Source of the DNA: an uncultured Candidatus Binatia bacterium
GTDB taxonomy: Bacteria; Desulfobacterota; Binatia; UBA9968; JAJDTQ01
Length of the DNA stretch: 64,000 nt
NCBI GenBank assembly: GCA_965242525.1
Contig: OZ251459.1
Location: 3,328,001-3,392,000, forward strand
Direction: 5' to 3'
Below are positions 56,903-64,000 of the stretch, piece by piece. The notes under the pieces were generated by a model. That model ran no database searches and was not told where the DNA came from. It worked only from the letters and a program-made list of their open reading frames with translations. The position numbers were made by a program, and so were the translations under genes. Numbering within the stretch: the first letter of the stretch is position 1; each line of letters opens with the position of its first letter.

Positions 56903-57742
56903 TCAGGCTGCGGACCCGTCGGCCGCAGTGCCCCGGCGTCCTCCAAGGGACGCCAAGTACTCGCGCAAGGTGCGAGAGTACGCCTCGGGGTTCTCGAAAT
57001 GTGTGTTGTGGCCCGCGTCCGGGACGGTCGCGAGCCTGCCCTTTTCCGACAGGCTTACCATATCCCGCATGGTTTTTCCGTAGGCCGGGTCGAGCTCCCC
57101 CACCACCGCCAGCCAAGGCGCCGGCAGTTCCGCCAGCCGCGGCCACAGGGACGGCTGGGATCCCGTGCCCATGCGGCGGAGGGACCGGGCCAGGGCGGCC
57201 GGGTCGTTGCGCCGCCGCCGCTCCATCATGGCGCCGAAGCGCGTCTCGTTCCTGCGGATGGAACGGAACAGGGACTGCCGGTACCATTCCTCCAGGAACT
57301 CGGGGAGACCCTGCCGTTCCAACCGCAGCGCCTGGGACTCGTCCCATCCCCGCCGGCGCTCGCGTTCGTCCTCGGAATCCAGCCCGGGAGACGCGGACTC
57401 CAACACCAGTCCGCGGCAACGGCCGGGGTGGTTCGAGGCGAGCCACAGGGCCAGCCGCCCGCCCATGGAATAACCCACGGGCACGCATCGCTCCACGCCC
57501 AGGCGGTCCAGCACCGCCAGCAACGCAAGGGCCGCCCGGGGCATGGGGTAGAGGCGCGCCGAGCATCCGGCGCTCAGCCCGTGTCCCGGAAGGTCCACCA
57601 GGATGCGCCGGTAGTCCGGGAACGCCTCCGCGACTTCCGCCCAGTCCCGGCCCGACCCCAGGAAGCCGTGGAGGAACAGCAGCGCCGGGTCCGTGCGGCT
57701 CCCGCGGACCTCGTAGTGCAGTCCATGGGGGTCGGCCGCCAC
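56903..57742 (-). CDS. menH: SHCHC synthase
   Basis: LHGFLG, DLPGHG, GYSMGGR, LESASPG, GHNTH. Confidence 0.92.
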   Translation of the reverse strand: MAADPHGLHYEVRGSRTDPALLFLHGFLGSGRDWAEVAEAFPDYRRILVDLPGHGLSAGCSARLYPMPRAALALLAVLDRLGVERCVPVGYSMGGRLALWLASNHPGRCRGLVLESASPGLDSEDERERRRGWDESQALRLERQGLPEFLEEWYRQSLFRSIRRNETRFGAMMERRRRNDPAALARSLRRMGTGSQPSLWPRLAELPAPWLAVVGELDPAYGKTMRDMVSLSEKGRLATVPDAGHNTHFENPEAYSRTLREYLASLGGRRGTAADGSAA

Positions 57743-57743
57743 G

Positions 57744-59501
57744 CTAGACCCCTTCCAGCGCCGCTTGCCGCAGGCCCATGTGGAGGCCGCGGTTTTCTTC
57801 GCGCCGGGTCCGCACCTCGATGAGGGTTGCCGCGGGTCTGCGCCGGGCCTCGTCGTAGGCCGCGGTGAACTCGTCGGTGGTCGAGGGTCGGGCGTAGGCC
57901 GCGCCGAACAAGGCCGCGGCGTGCTCGAAGGTCAGGCCGTGGGGGGCCGCGAAGTAGCGCTCGAACACGTCCGGGAACCCGGCGATGGGAAGGAACGAGA
58001 AAATCCCTCCGCCGTCGTTGTTCAGGATGACCACGACCAGGGGGGTACGGAGGTCCCGGGCGAGGCTCAGGGAGTTGAGGTCGTGCAGGAACGCCACGTC
58101 CCCCACCAGGAGCGTCGTGGGCCGGCCCAGGCCCCGGGCGAACCCCGCGGCCGTGGCGATGGCCCCGTCCACGCCGCTGGCGCCCCGGTTGGCGGCCACC
58201 GCGGGGGGCTCGTCGAGCCTTGGGCAACCAAAAGCGTCCATGTCGCGGACGGGCATGCTCGACGCCAGGAACAGCCCTTCGCCCGCGCCCATGCGGCGCG
58301 ACACGAGCCACGCCACCTTGGGCTCGTTCAAGCCCCGGTCTTGGTTGAAGCATTCGGCGAAGCCGCGCCCCACGCGCTCGGACGCCTGCCGCCAACCGGC
58401 CAGCCAGTCGGCGTCGCCCGCGGCCTGCCCGACCCGCTCCTTCAGGGACTCGCAGAAGGCCGCCACCGGCAGCCGGAGCCGCTGCGTGGCCCGGTGGATG
58501 GGGTCCTGCCGGTGGGGGTGGTCGTCCACCACCACGTAGTCACCGGGGCGGACCGCCTCCAGGTGGTCCATGAGCCGTCTCGAAGTCAACCGCCCTCCCA
58601 GATGGATCACCGCCTCGATACGGCGCCGCCGCATGAAGGTCTCGGAGAAGAGCAGGGTGTCGTGGTAGGGCACGGAGTTCCCGGGCCTGCCATCCAGACG
58701 GAGACCCGAGGTCACGTCGGGCAGGAGCGGCCAGCCCAGGGACACGGCGAGGTCGGCGGCGGCCCGGCGCGCCGCGGGGTCGGCGAGGCGTCCAGCCACC
58801 AGGATGCCGCGGGGTCGGCGTCCCGCCAGCGCCGCCAGCCGGTCCAAGGCCTCCCGGCTTGGCCGGGCGGACGCGTTCTCGTAACGGGTGTAGGGGCGCT
58901 CCCCGGCGCGCCAGGCTTCCAGCGGCGCAAGGCAGGGCTCCGGGTCCTCGCCCTCGTCCGTGGGCGCCAGAGGCTCGCGGAACATGCAGTTGAGATGCAC
59001 CACGCCGCCGGACGGACCGCGGCAACGGCTCACCGCCTGGTCGACCGTGGTCAGGACCACCGAGGGATCGACGCTCCGGGAAGGACACGGCAGGGTCGCG
59101 GACCATTCCGCATAGCCGCGGAAGAACCGGACCTGGTCCATGGTCTGGTTGGCCCCGGCGTCCTGGAGCTCCGGCGGGCGGTCGCCGCTCAGGACCAGCA
59201 GCGGCGCGCGCTCCAGCGACGCCTCCACCACGGCCGGCCACACGTTGGCCAGGGCGCTGCCCGAGGTGGTGACCACCGCGGCCGGCGCGCCCGCGGCCCG
59301 GGCGTGTCCCAGTGCGTGGAAGGCCGCGCCGCGCTCGTCGTAGTGGACGACGGCGCGGGCTTGGCGGTGGCGCGCTGCCGCCACTACGAGGGGCGCACTG
59401 CGGGACCCGGGGGCTATGCAGAAGGTGTCGATGCCGTTGCGGACCAGCTCTTCGACGAGCAGCCCCGCCCACAGGTGGTTCAGGTTGGCGGCCCCGGTCA
59501 T
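57744..59501 (-). CDS. menD: SEPHCHC synthase
   Basis: APGSRSAPL, DERGAAF, DRPPEL, NRGASGVDG, NNDGGGIF; ATGA overlap with menF. Confidence 0.95.
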   Translation of the reverse strand: MTGAANLNHLWAGLLVEELVRNGIDTFCIAPGSRSAPLVVAAARHRQARAVVHYDERGAAFHALGHARAAGAPAAVVTTSGSALANVWPAVVEASLERAPLLVLSGDRPPELQDAGANQTMDQVRFFRGYAEWSATLPCPSRSVDPSVVLTTVDQAVSRCRGPSGGVVHLNCMFREPLAPTDEGEDPEPCLAPLEAWRAGERPYTRYENASARPSREALDRLAALAGRRPRGILVAGRLADPAARRAAADLAVSLGWPLLPDVTSGLRLDGRPGNSVPYHDTLLFSETFMRRRRIEAVIHLGGRLTSRRLMDHLEAVRPGDYVVVDDHPHRQDPIHRATQRLRLPVAAFCESLKERVGQAAGDADWLAGWRQASERVGRGFAECFNQDRGLNEPKVAWLVSRRMGAGEGLFLASSMPVRDMDAFGCPRLDEPPAVAANRGASGVDGAIATAAGFARGLGRPTTLLVGDVAFLHDLNSLSLARDLRTPLVVVILNNDGGGIFSFLPIAGFPDVFERYFAAPHGLTFEHAAALFGAAYARPSTTDEFTAAYDEARRRPAATLIEVRTRREENRGLHMGLRQAALEGV

Positions 59502-60847
59502 TGCGGAAGGTTCAGGGCGCGGGTGAAGTGGCCGATCTTGTAGTCGAGCTCGCGCCATTCGTCCCCGGGCGCGGACCCGGCGACGATGCCCGCGCCGGCG
59601 AAGACCGAGAGCGTCGAGCCTTCCACCAGCCCGGAGCGGATGGCCACCGCGAACTCGGCCCGGTCGCGCCCCACCCAGCCCACGGGTCCAGCGTACCAGC
59701 CCCGGTCGAAGGGCTCGGTCTCGCGGATCCGTCGGACCGCCAAGTCCGTGGGGTAGCCTCCGACGGCCGGCGTGGGGTGCAGCGCGTCCACCAGGTCGGC
59801 GTCGCCCACACCGTCCCGAAGCACGCCCCGGAACGAGGTCATGAGGTGCTGGCACTGGCGCAGTTTCACCACCGACGGGCCGGCGTCCGCGCTCAGCGAG
59901 CGGCACAGGCGCACCATGCCCTCCCGCACGCCCCGGGCCACGTAGTCCTGCTCCCGCCGCTCCTTCTCGCTGGCCATGAGGTCCCGTTCCAGTTGCCGGT
60001 CCAGGGAGACGTCGTCGTCGCGCACGCGCGTGCCCGCAATGGCCTCGCACAGAACCTGCCGTCCGTCCCGGCGGTAGAGCCGCTCGGGCGAGACCCCGAG
60101 GAAGGCGCTACCGTATGGGTCCGGGATGAAGCAGAAGCGGTAGCAACGGGCCGCCCCGGGAGACAGGGCTTCGAGACACGCCCAGGGGTCCAGCTCCCCG
60201 GTGAACCCGAAGGTGGATCTCCGGGCGAGCACGAGTTTCTCCAGAGGCCCCTCGGACAGGAGGGCGAGGGTCCCGGTCACCGCGGCCTCCCAGCCGCTCC
60301 GGTCCGGCAGGTCCCGGCGCTCCCCCGCGGCCGCAGGGACGCCCTCCGAAGCCGCGGGATGGAACGCCAGCGTGTCCACCTCTTTCAGCAGGGCGTCCTC
60401 GGCGGTCTCCGAACACAGCCACTGGCAAGCGAGCATGCTGTCCCCGCCTCGTTGGCTCAACTCGAACCGCGGCAACACGAAACTGCAGGTAGCTAAGCCG
60501 CGCCAAGCCGGAGCGCACGCCCTCCCGCGGTCGAACCGCATTCCCCCGAAATAGCGCGTCCCCGCGCCCCCGGCGTCCAAGCGCCGGCGCAACTCCTCGA
60601 ACAGCGCATGGACGCCGGCCGGGCCGGCGCACGCCGTCATGTCCGCGGCGCCGACCCCGGCCACCTCCTCGCCGCCGTCCCGGTCGGCCCAGTACGTCTT
60701 GACGGCGCGGGGGTCCTGCGCCCGCAGCCATGCCAGGGCGTCGGTGGGCGGGATCGGGGTCTCCACCCGGACGATGCCGGCCGGGCCGAGCCGGGAACAC
60801 TCCCGCTGGATCCGATCCCGCAATCTCTCCCGCAGGTTGCGTTCCAT
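59498..60847 (-). CDS. menF: isochorismate synthase
   Basis: KLVLAR, SPERL, EAIAGT, KERREQ, LHPTPAVGG, RGWYAG, AGAGIV; start uncertain. Confidence 0.92.
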   Translation of the reverse strand: MERNLRERLRDRIQRECSRLGPAGIVRVETPIPPTDALAWLRAQDPRAVKTYWADRDGGEEVAGVGAADMTACAGPAGVHALFEELRRRLDAGGAGTRYFGGMRFDRGRACAPAWRGLATCSFVLPRFELSQRGGDSMLACQWLCSETAEDALLKEVDTLAFHPAASEGVPAAAGERRDLPDRSGWEAAVTGTLALLSEGPLEKLVLARRSTFGFTGELDPWACLEALSPGAARCYRFCFIPDPYGSAFLGVSPERLYRRDGRQVLCEAIAGTRVRDDDVSLDRQLERDLMASEKERREQDYVARGVREGMVRLCRSLSADAGPSVVKLRQCQHLMTSFRGVLRDGVGDADLVDALHPTPAVGGYPTDLAVRRIRETEPFDRGWYAGPVGWVGRDRAEFAVAIRSGLVEGSTLSVFAGAGIVAGSAPGDEWRELDYKIGHFTRALNLPQ

Positions 60848-61005
60848 TCGGGCTTCCGTCGGCCCTTCCGTCCCTTCAGGGTCTCGTGCGGGTCGTGACA
60901 CTCTCCCCCCACGTGATGAGGCGCGCTTCCCTCCCGTTCCGACCATGCCGTTCCCGGTTCGCCATTGCGGGGAACTCCGATTCCCTCCCCACAGCCCCGC
61001 CGCAT

Positions 61006-61090
61006 CCCCCTCCCTGTCCCTCCCCCTCAAGGGGGGAGGGGACGCCAAGCCGCAAGCCCTTGCCGCTCTTGTACACGAAAGCCGGAAGAG
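61006..61090. repeat. GC hairpin repeat plus isolated family-2 end
   Basis: CCCTCCCCCTCAAGGGGGGAGGG hairpin; ACACGAAAGCCGGAAGAG (61073-61090) is the reverse complement of the family-2 left end. Confidence 0.6.
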
Positions 61091-61167
61091 TCCCCAAACG
61101 CAGACGGGCGGCCGGTAGTCTCTGCGCCTACCGGCCGCCCGTCTGGCTCGGGAACCGCCCGGGAGCG

Positions 61168-61620
61168 TCAGTTCCCGGCGAGCTCCTTCCTGATGTTGTC
61201 GATGAACAGGTTGAGCATCTGGTCGGCCTTCTTGCGGATGATGGGCTGGCCGAACTCGCCGATCTTGCCGAGGATGTTGACGTCGGTCTCCACCGTCAAC
61301 TCGGTTTCCCCGGCGCTCAACTCCTTGAGCGACATGGTGGACTTTCCGCGCATGGCCCCGGCCACCCGGCGGTCTTCCGCCTCGGCCCGCAGCGCCGCGC
61401 GCCAGGCGTCCCGATCCTTCTCTTCCAGGACGATCCTGCCTTGCAGGCTCAAGGCGATGGGTCCCACCCGCACCTTCAGGGTCCCCTGGTAAGTGTCCCC
61501 GTCCACCTGCTCCACGTCCTCGACTCCGGGCAGGCATCCGGCCACCCTGGGGATGTCCATGAGGAGTTGCCACAGGGGCTCCCGTCCTGCCGGCACCGTT
61601 GCGCTCTGGCTGAATTTCAC
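61168..61620 (-). CDS. CoxG/SRPBCC-family protein
   Basis: VAGCLPGVE, LKVRVGPI, GKIGEFG. Confidence 0.88.
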   Translation of the reverse strand: MKFSQSATVPAGREPLWQLLMDIPRVAGCLPGVEDVEQVDGDTYQGTLKVRVGPIALSLQGRIVLEEKDRDAWRAALRAEAEDRRVAGAMRGKSTMSLKELSAGETELTVETDVNILGKIGEFGQPIIRKKADQMLNLFIDNIRKELAGN

Positions 61621-61643
61621 TTGGGTCCTCCCCCCTCCGACGT

Positions 61644-62507
61644 TCAGGCGTTGGCGATGGCGCGCTCCAGCGCGCGCCGGACGAACACCGCGGCCATCTG
61701 GGTCTTGTAGGACGCGGATCCCCGGAAGTCGCTCACCGGGTCGGTGGCTTCCCTGGCCTTCTCCCCGGCTTCCCGAAGCCCCTCGGGCTTCACCGGCTGG
61801 CCCCGGAGCACGGCCTCGGCGTCCGCGGCGCGCACCGGCGTGGTGTTGACGCTGCCCATGGCGATGCGCACGTCCTCGATCGTGGTCTTGCCCGGGTCCA
61901 GGGTCACCACCGCGGCTGCGCTGACCGTGGCGTAGTCGTCCGCGGAGCGCGGCAGGAACTTGAGGTAGGCCCCGCCGCTGTGGGCGGGCATCAACGGCAC
62001 GTTGACGCCGCTCAGGACCTCGTCCGGCTCCAGCACGGTCTCGTAGTAGTCTCTGAAGAAGTCTTCGGCCGCTACCGTCCGGCTGCCGCGGGAGGAACTC
62101 AACTCGAAGGAGGCGCCCAGGGCGATGAGCGACGGCGGCGGGTCCTGGTTGGGGTCCGCGTGGGCGAGGCCGCCCCCCACCGTGGCCATGGTGCGCACCC
62201 GCTGGGTGGCCACGTGGTGGTAGGTCTCGGCCAGCATGGGCAGCTTCTCCTGCACCACCGGGGAGGCGTCCAGGGCGGCGTGGCTCATGAGGCCGCCGAT
62301 GTGCACGCTGCCGTCGTTCTCGGACACGCCGCCCAGGTCCGACACGTTGCGGAGGCTGATGACGCACGCGGGCTGCACGAGCTGCTGCTTCATCATGATG
62401 ACCAGGGCGGTGCCGCCGGCGATCAGCTTGCCGTCGGGTCCCAGCTCCTTCAGGGCCGCGTGGGCCTCTTCGAGGCTTCCCGGAGTACGGTAATCGAAAG
62501 CGATCAT
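61644..62507 (-). CDS. xanthine dehydrogenase/CoxM-family FAD subunit
   Basis: IAGGTAL, ATVGGGLAHADP, DFRGSASYK. Confidence 0.92.
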   Translation of the reverse strand: MIAFDYRTPGSLEEAHAALKELGPDGKLIAGGTALVIMMKQQLVQPACVISLRNVSDLGGVSENDGSVHIGGLMSHAALDASPVVQEKLPMLAETYHHVATQRVRTMATVGGGLAHADPNQDPPPSLIALGASFELSSSRGSRTVAAEDFFRDYYETVLEPDEVLSGVNVPLMPAHSGGAYLKFLPRSADDYATVSAAAVVTLDPGKTTIEDVRIAMGSVNTTPVRAADAEAVLRGQPVKPEGLREAGEKAREATDPVSDFRGSASYKTQMAAVFVRRALERAIANA

Positions 62508-62986
62508 TCCTCGACCCCTTGCCCGGCGAACTCGTGCGCCTTCTCGATGGATTCGATGATCTTGTAGTAGCCGGTGCAGCGGCACAGGTTGCCCATCATC
62601 CAGTCCTTGATATCTTCCTCGTTGGGCCGGGGGTTGCGGTCCAGCAAGGCCTTGGCCGCCACCACCTGGCCGGGGGTGCAGATGCCGCACTGGAAGCCGC
62701 CGTAGCGGATGAAGCTCTGCTGCACCGGATGGAGCTCGCCGTCCCGGGCCAGCCCTTCCACCGTGGTCACGTCGTGCCCGTCGGCAAAGACCGCCAGGGC
62801 CAGGCACGAGCTCACCATCTCGCCGTCCATGAGCACCGTGCACGCGCCGCACACGCCGACGCTGCACCCTTCCTTGGTTCCGGTGAGGCCCAGGTCGTAC
62901 CGGAGCACGTCCACCAGCAAGCGGTTGGTGGGCACGTCCAGTTCGTGCTCCGTCCCGTTGACGCGAAACTTGATCTTCTTGTCCAT
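62504..62986 (-). CDS. CoxS-family 2Fe-2S subunit
   Basis: GCSVGVCGACT, QCGICTPG, NLCRCTGY. Confidence 0.95.
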   Translation of the reverse strand: MDKKIKFRVNGTEHELDVPTNRLLVDVLRYDLGLTGTKEGCSVGVCGACTVLMDGEMVSSCLALAVFADGHDVTTVEGLARDGELHPVQQSFIRYGGFQCGICTPGQVVAAKALLDRNPRPNEEDIKDWMMGNLCRCTGYYKIIESIEKAHEFAGQGVEE

Positions 62987-63164
62987 GAAATCCGTCTCCG
63001 ATCGTGGGGTTTGTTGCTCGGAGGGTCTGGGGATACCCGAAAAGCCGCTCCGTTATAGGAAGAATCAAGGCAAAGTGCAAGCAAGGCTCCGGGGCTTGGC
63101 TCCCCGCTTCGTTCCGGCGTCCCCGGAGCGCATGCGTCCCGCCGCAGGGGGTGGAACGGGCGGT

Positions 63165-63746
63165 TCAGGCGCTTTCCACGGGCTTGTCCATGAACCGGCC
63201 GATGCGCTGCGCGAGGTCTTCCAGCCGTTTGCCGCCGCCCCGGTCCAGCAGCACCGAACGCGAGTCGGACAGGAGCAGGCGGAGCGAGCGGGCCGGAAAG
63301 GACTTGCGCCCTGCGGTGGAGCCGGCCACGGCGTAGCCGCTGTAAACCTGGTCGTCGGCGAGCTTCAGGCCCCGGACCTCGTGGAAGTCCAGGGTCAACC
63401 GGCGCCGCCCCAGCAGGCTGGCGCGGGTCATATGGACCTTGCCCGCGCGCCGGTCGATGCGGATGGCGCGCTTGAGCGTGAGCAGGAACAGGGCAACCCC
63501 GAAGAGGACGGCGTTCATGGCCGGGAAGTACCACAGGTTCCCCACCGGGCTGTGGAGACCCTGGGCGCGGATGGCCTGGAACACCGGCGCCGACAGCAAC
63601 AGCAGCAGGACCGCGATGCCCAGGCACAGGGCCGCGGGGAAGCGTCCGCCGCGCCAGACCAAGCGGATCTCGTCCTCGCCCGCAGGTTCCGTGCGGAACC
63701 CCAGCCGGTTGCCGATGGACTCGAAGTGTCGCGGGTCGCCTGTCAT
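63165..63746 (-). CDS. hypothetical membrane protein (2 TM plus PH-like C-terminus)
   Basis: Two hydrophobic segments; genome-typical GC3 bias. Confidence 0.65.
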   Translation of the reverse strand: MTGDPRHFESIGNRLGFRTEPAGEDEIRLVWRGGRFPAALCLGIAVLLLLLSAPVFQAIRAQGLHSPVGNLWYFPAMNAVLFGVALFLLTLKRAIRIDRRAGKVHMTRASLLGRRRLTLDFHEVRGLKLADDQVYSGYAVAGSTAGRKSFPARSLRLLLSDSRSVLLDRGGGKRLEDLAQRIGRFMDKPVESA

Positions 63747-63788
63747 AGCGGTGACCGGCCCCGGGCCGCCCGCCGCGACCGGACCGGG

Positions 63789-63965
63789 CTATTGCTCCGG
63801 CTTGACCCCGTGCTTTTGCAGCGTCCGGTCGGAGCGGTCCCGGATATCCTGCTGCGCACCCCGGGCCTGGGCGCGGATCTTCTCGCCGCAGGTCTGGCAG
63901 ATGCCGCCGTTCAGCGGGGCGACCTTGGCGCACACCATGCAGCGCTCCCGTGGCTGCCTCTCCAT
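63789..63965 (-). CDS. small CxxC-CxxC zinc-ribbon-like protein
   Basis: CMVC...CQTC, 58 aa. Confidence 0.5.
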   Translation of the reverse strand: MERQPRERCMVCAKVAPLNGGICQTCGEKIRAQARGAQQDIRDRSDRTLQKHGVKPEQ

Positions 63966-64000
63966 GGCACCGAGCTTAACCGAAAACACGGGACGAGAAA

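Noticed and set aside
1-64000. tRNA, rRNA, integrase, transposase or prophage structural genes
   Set aside because: None recognised by eye; a tRNAscan/Rfam run would be needed to exclude small RNAs formally.

Overview
High-GC bacterial chromosomal window. Repeat content, an Uma2 gene and multiple amidohydrolase/molybdo-hydroxylase genes suggest a Binatia/Deltaproteobacteria-like lineage such as those recovered from sponges; this is inference only. Core content: a myo-inositol catabolic operon (iolC'-iolD-iolE-iolB-iolG), SDR, a GrdE-like reductase subunit, four amidohydrolases, phhB, a ComD/ComE-like TPP decarboxylase pair, two crotonases, a Zn-ADH, an XDH-family M-S-L cluster, MFS, nth, a bicupin + EutA-like pair, E1 alpha/beta, the classical menaquinone operon (menFDHBA...menCE) and a coxS/M/G-like trio. 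Four visibly lower-GC accessory cassettes interrupt this: (1) 5.3-9.7 kb, flanked by a ~270-bp duplication of the iolG 3' end; (2) 15.3-17.3 kb, an ABC-type ATPase plus PD-(D/E)xK-like partner; (3) 31-40 kb, a defence island (type I-like R, frameshifted M-S fusion, PARIS-like ATPase-DUF4435 fusion, HicAB, ATPase-nuclease); (4) 49.4-55.1 kb, inserted exactly at the menA/menC junction between 8-bp direct repeats and encoding XRE regulator + decayed metallopeptidase + Cys-rich PAPS-reductase/PP-loop-like protein + SF2 helicase + MORC/GHKL ATPase + PLD nuclease. Cassette 4 is the best candidate for an undescribed modification-linked defence system. Two MITE-like families and dRS3-like palindromes fill intergenic space. 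No rRNA, tRNA, CRISPR array, integrase or transposase was recognised. All family calls are from motif recognition by eye; no database search was run.
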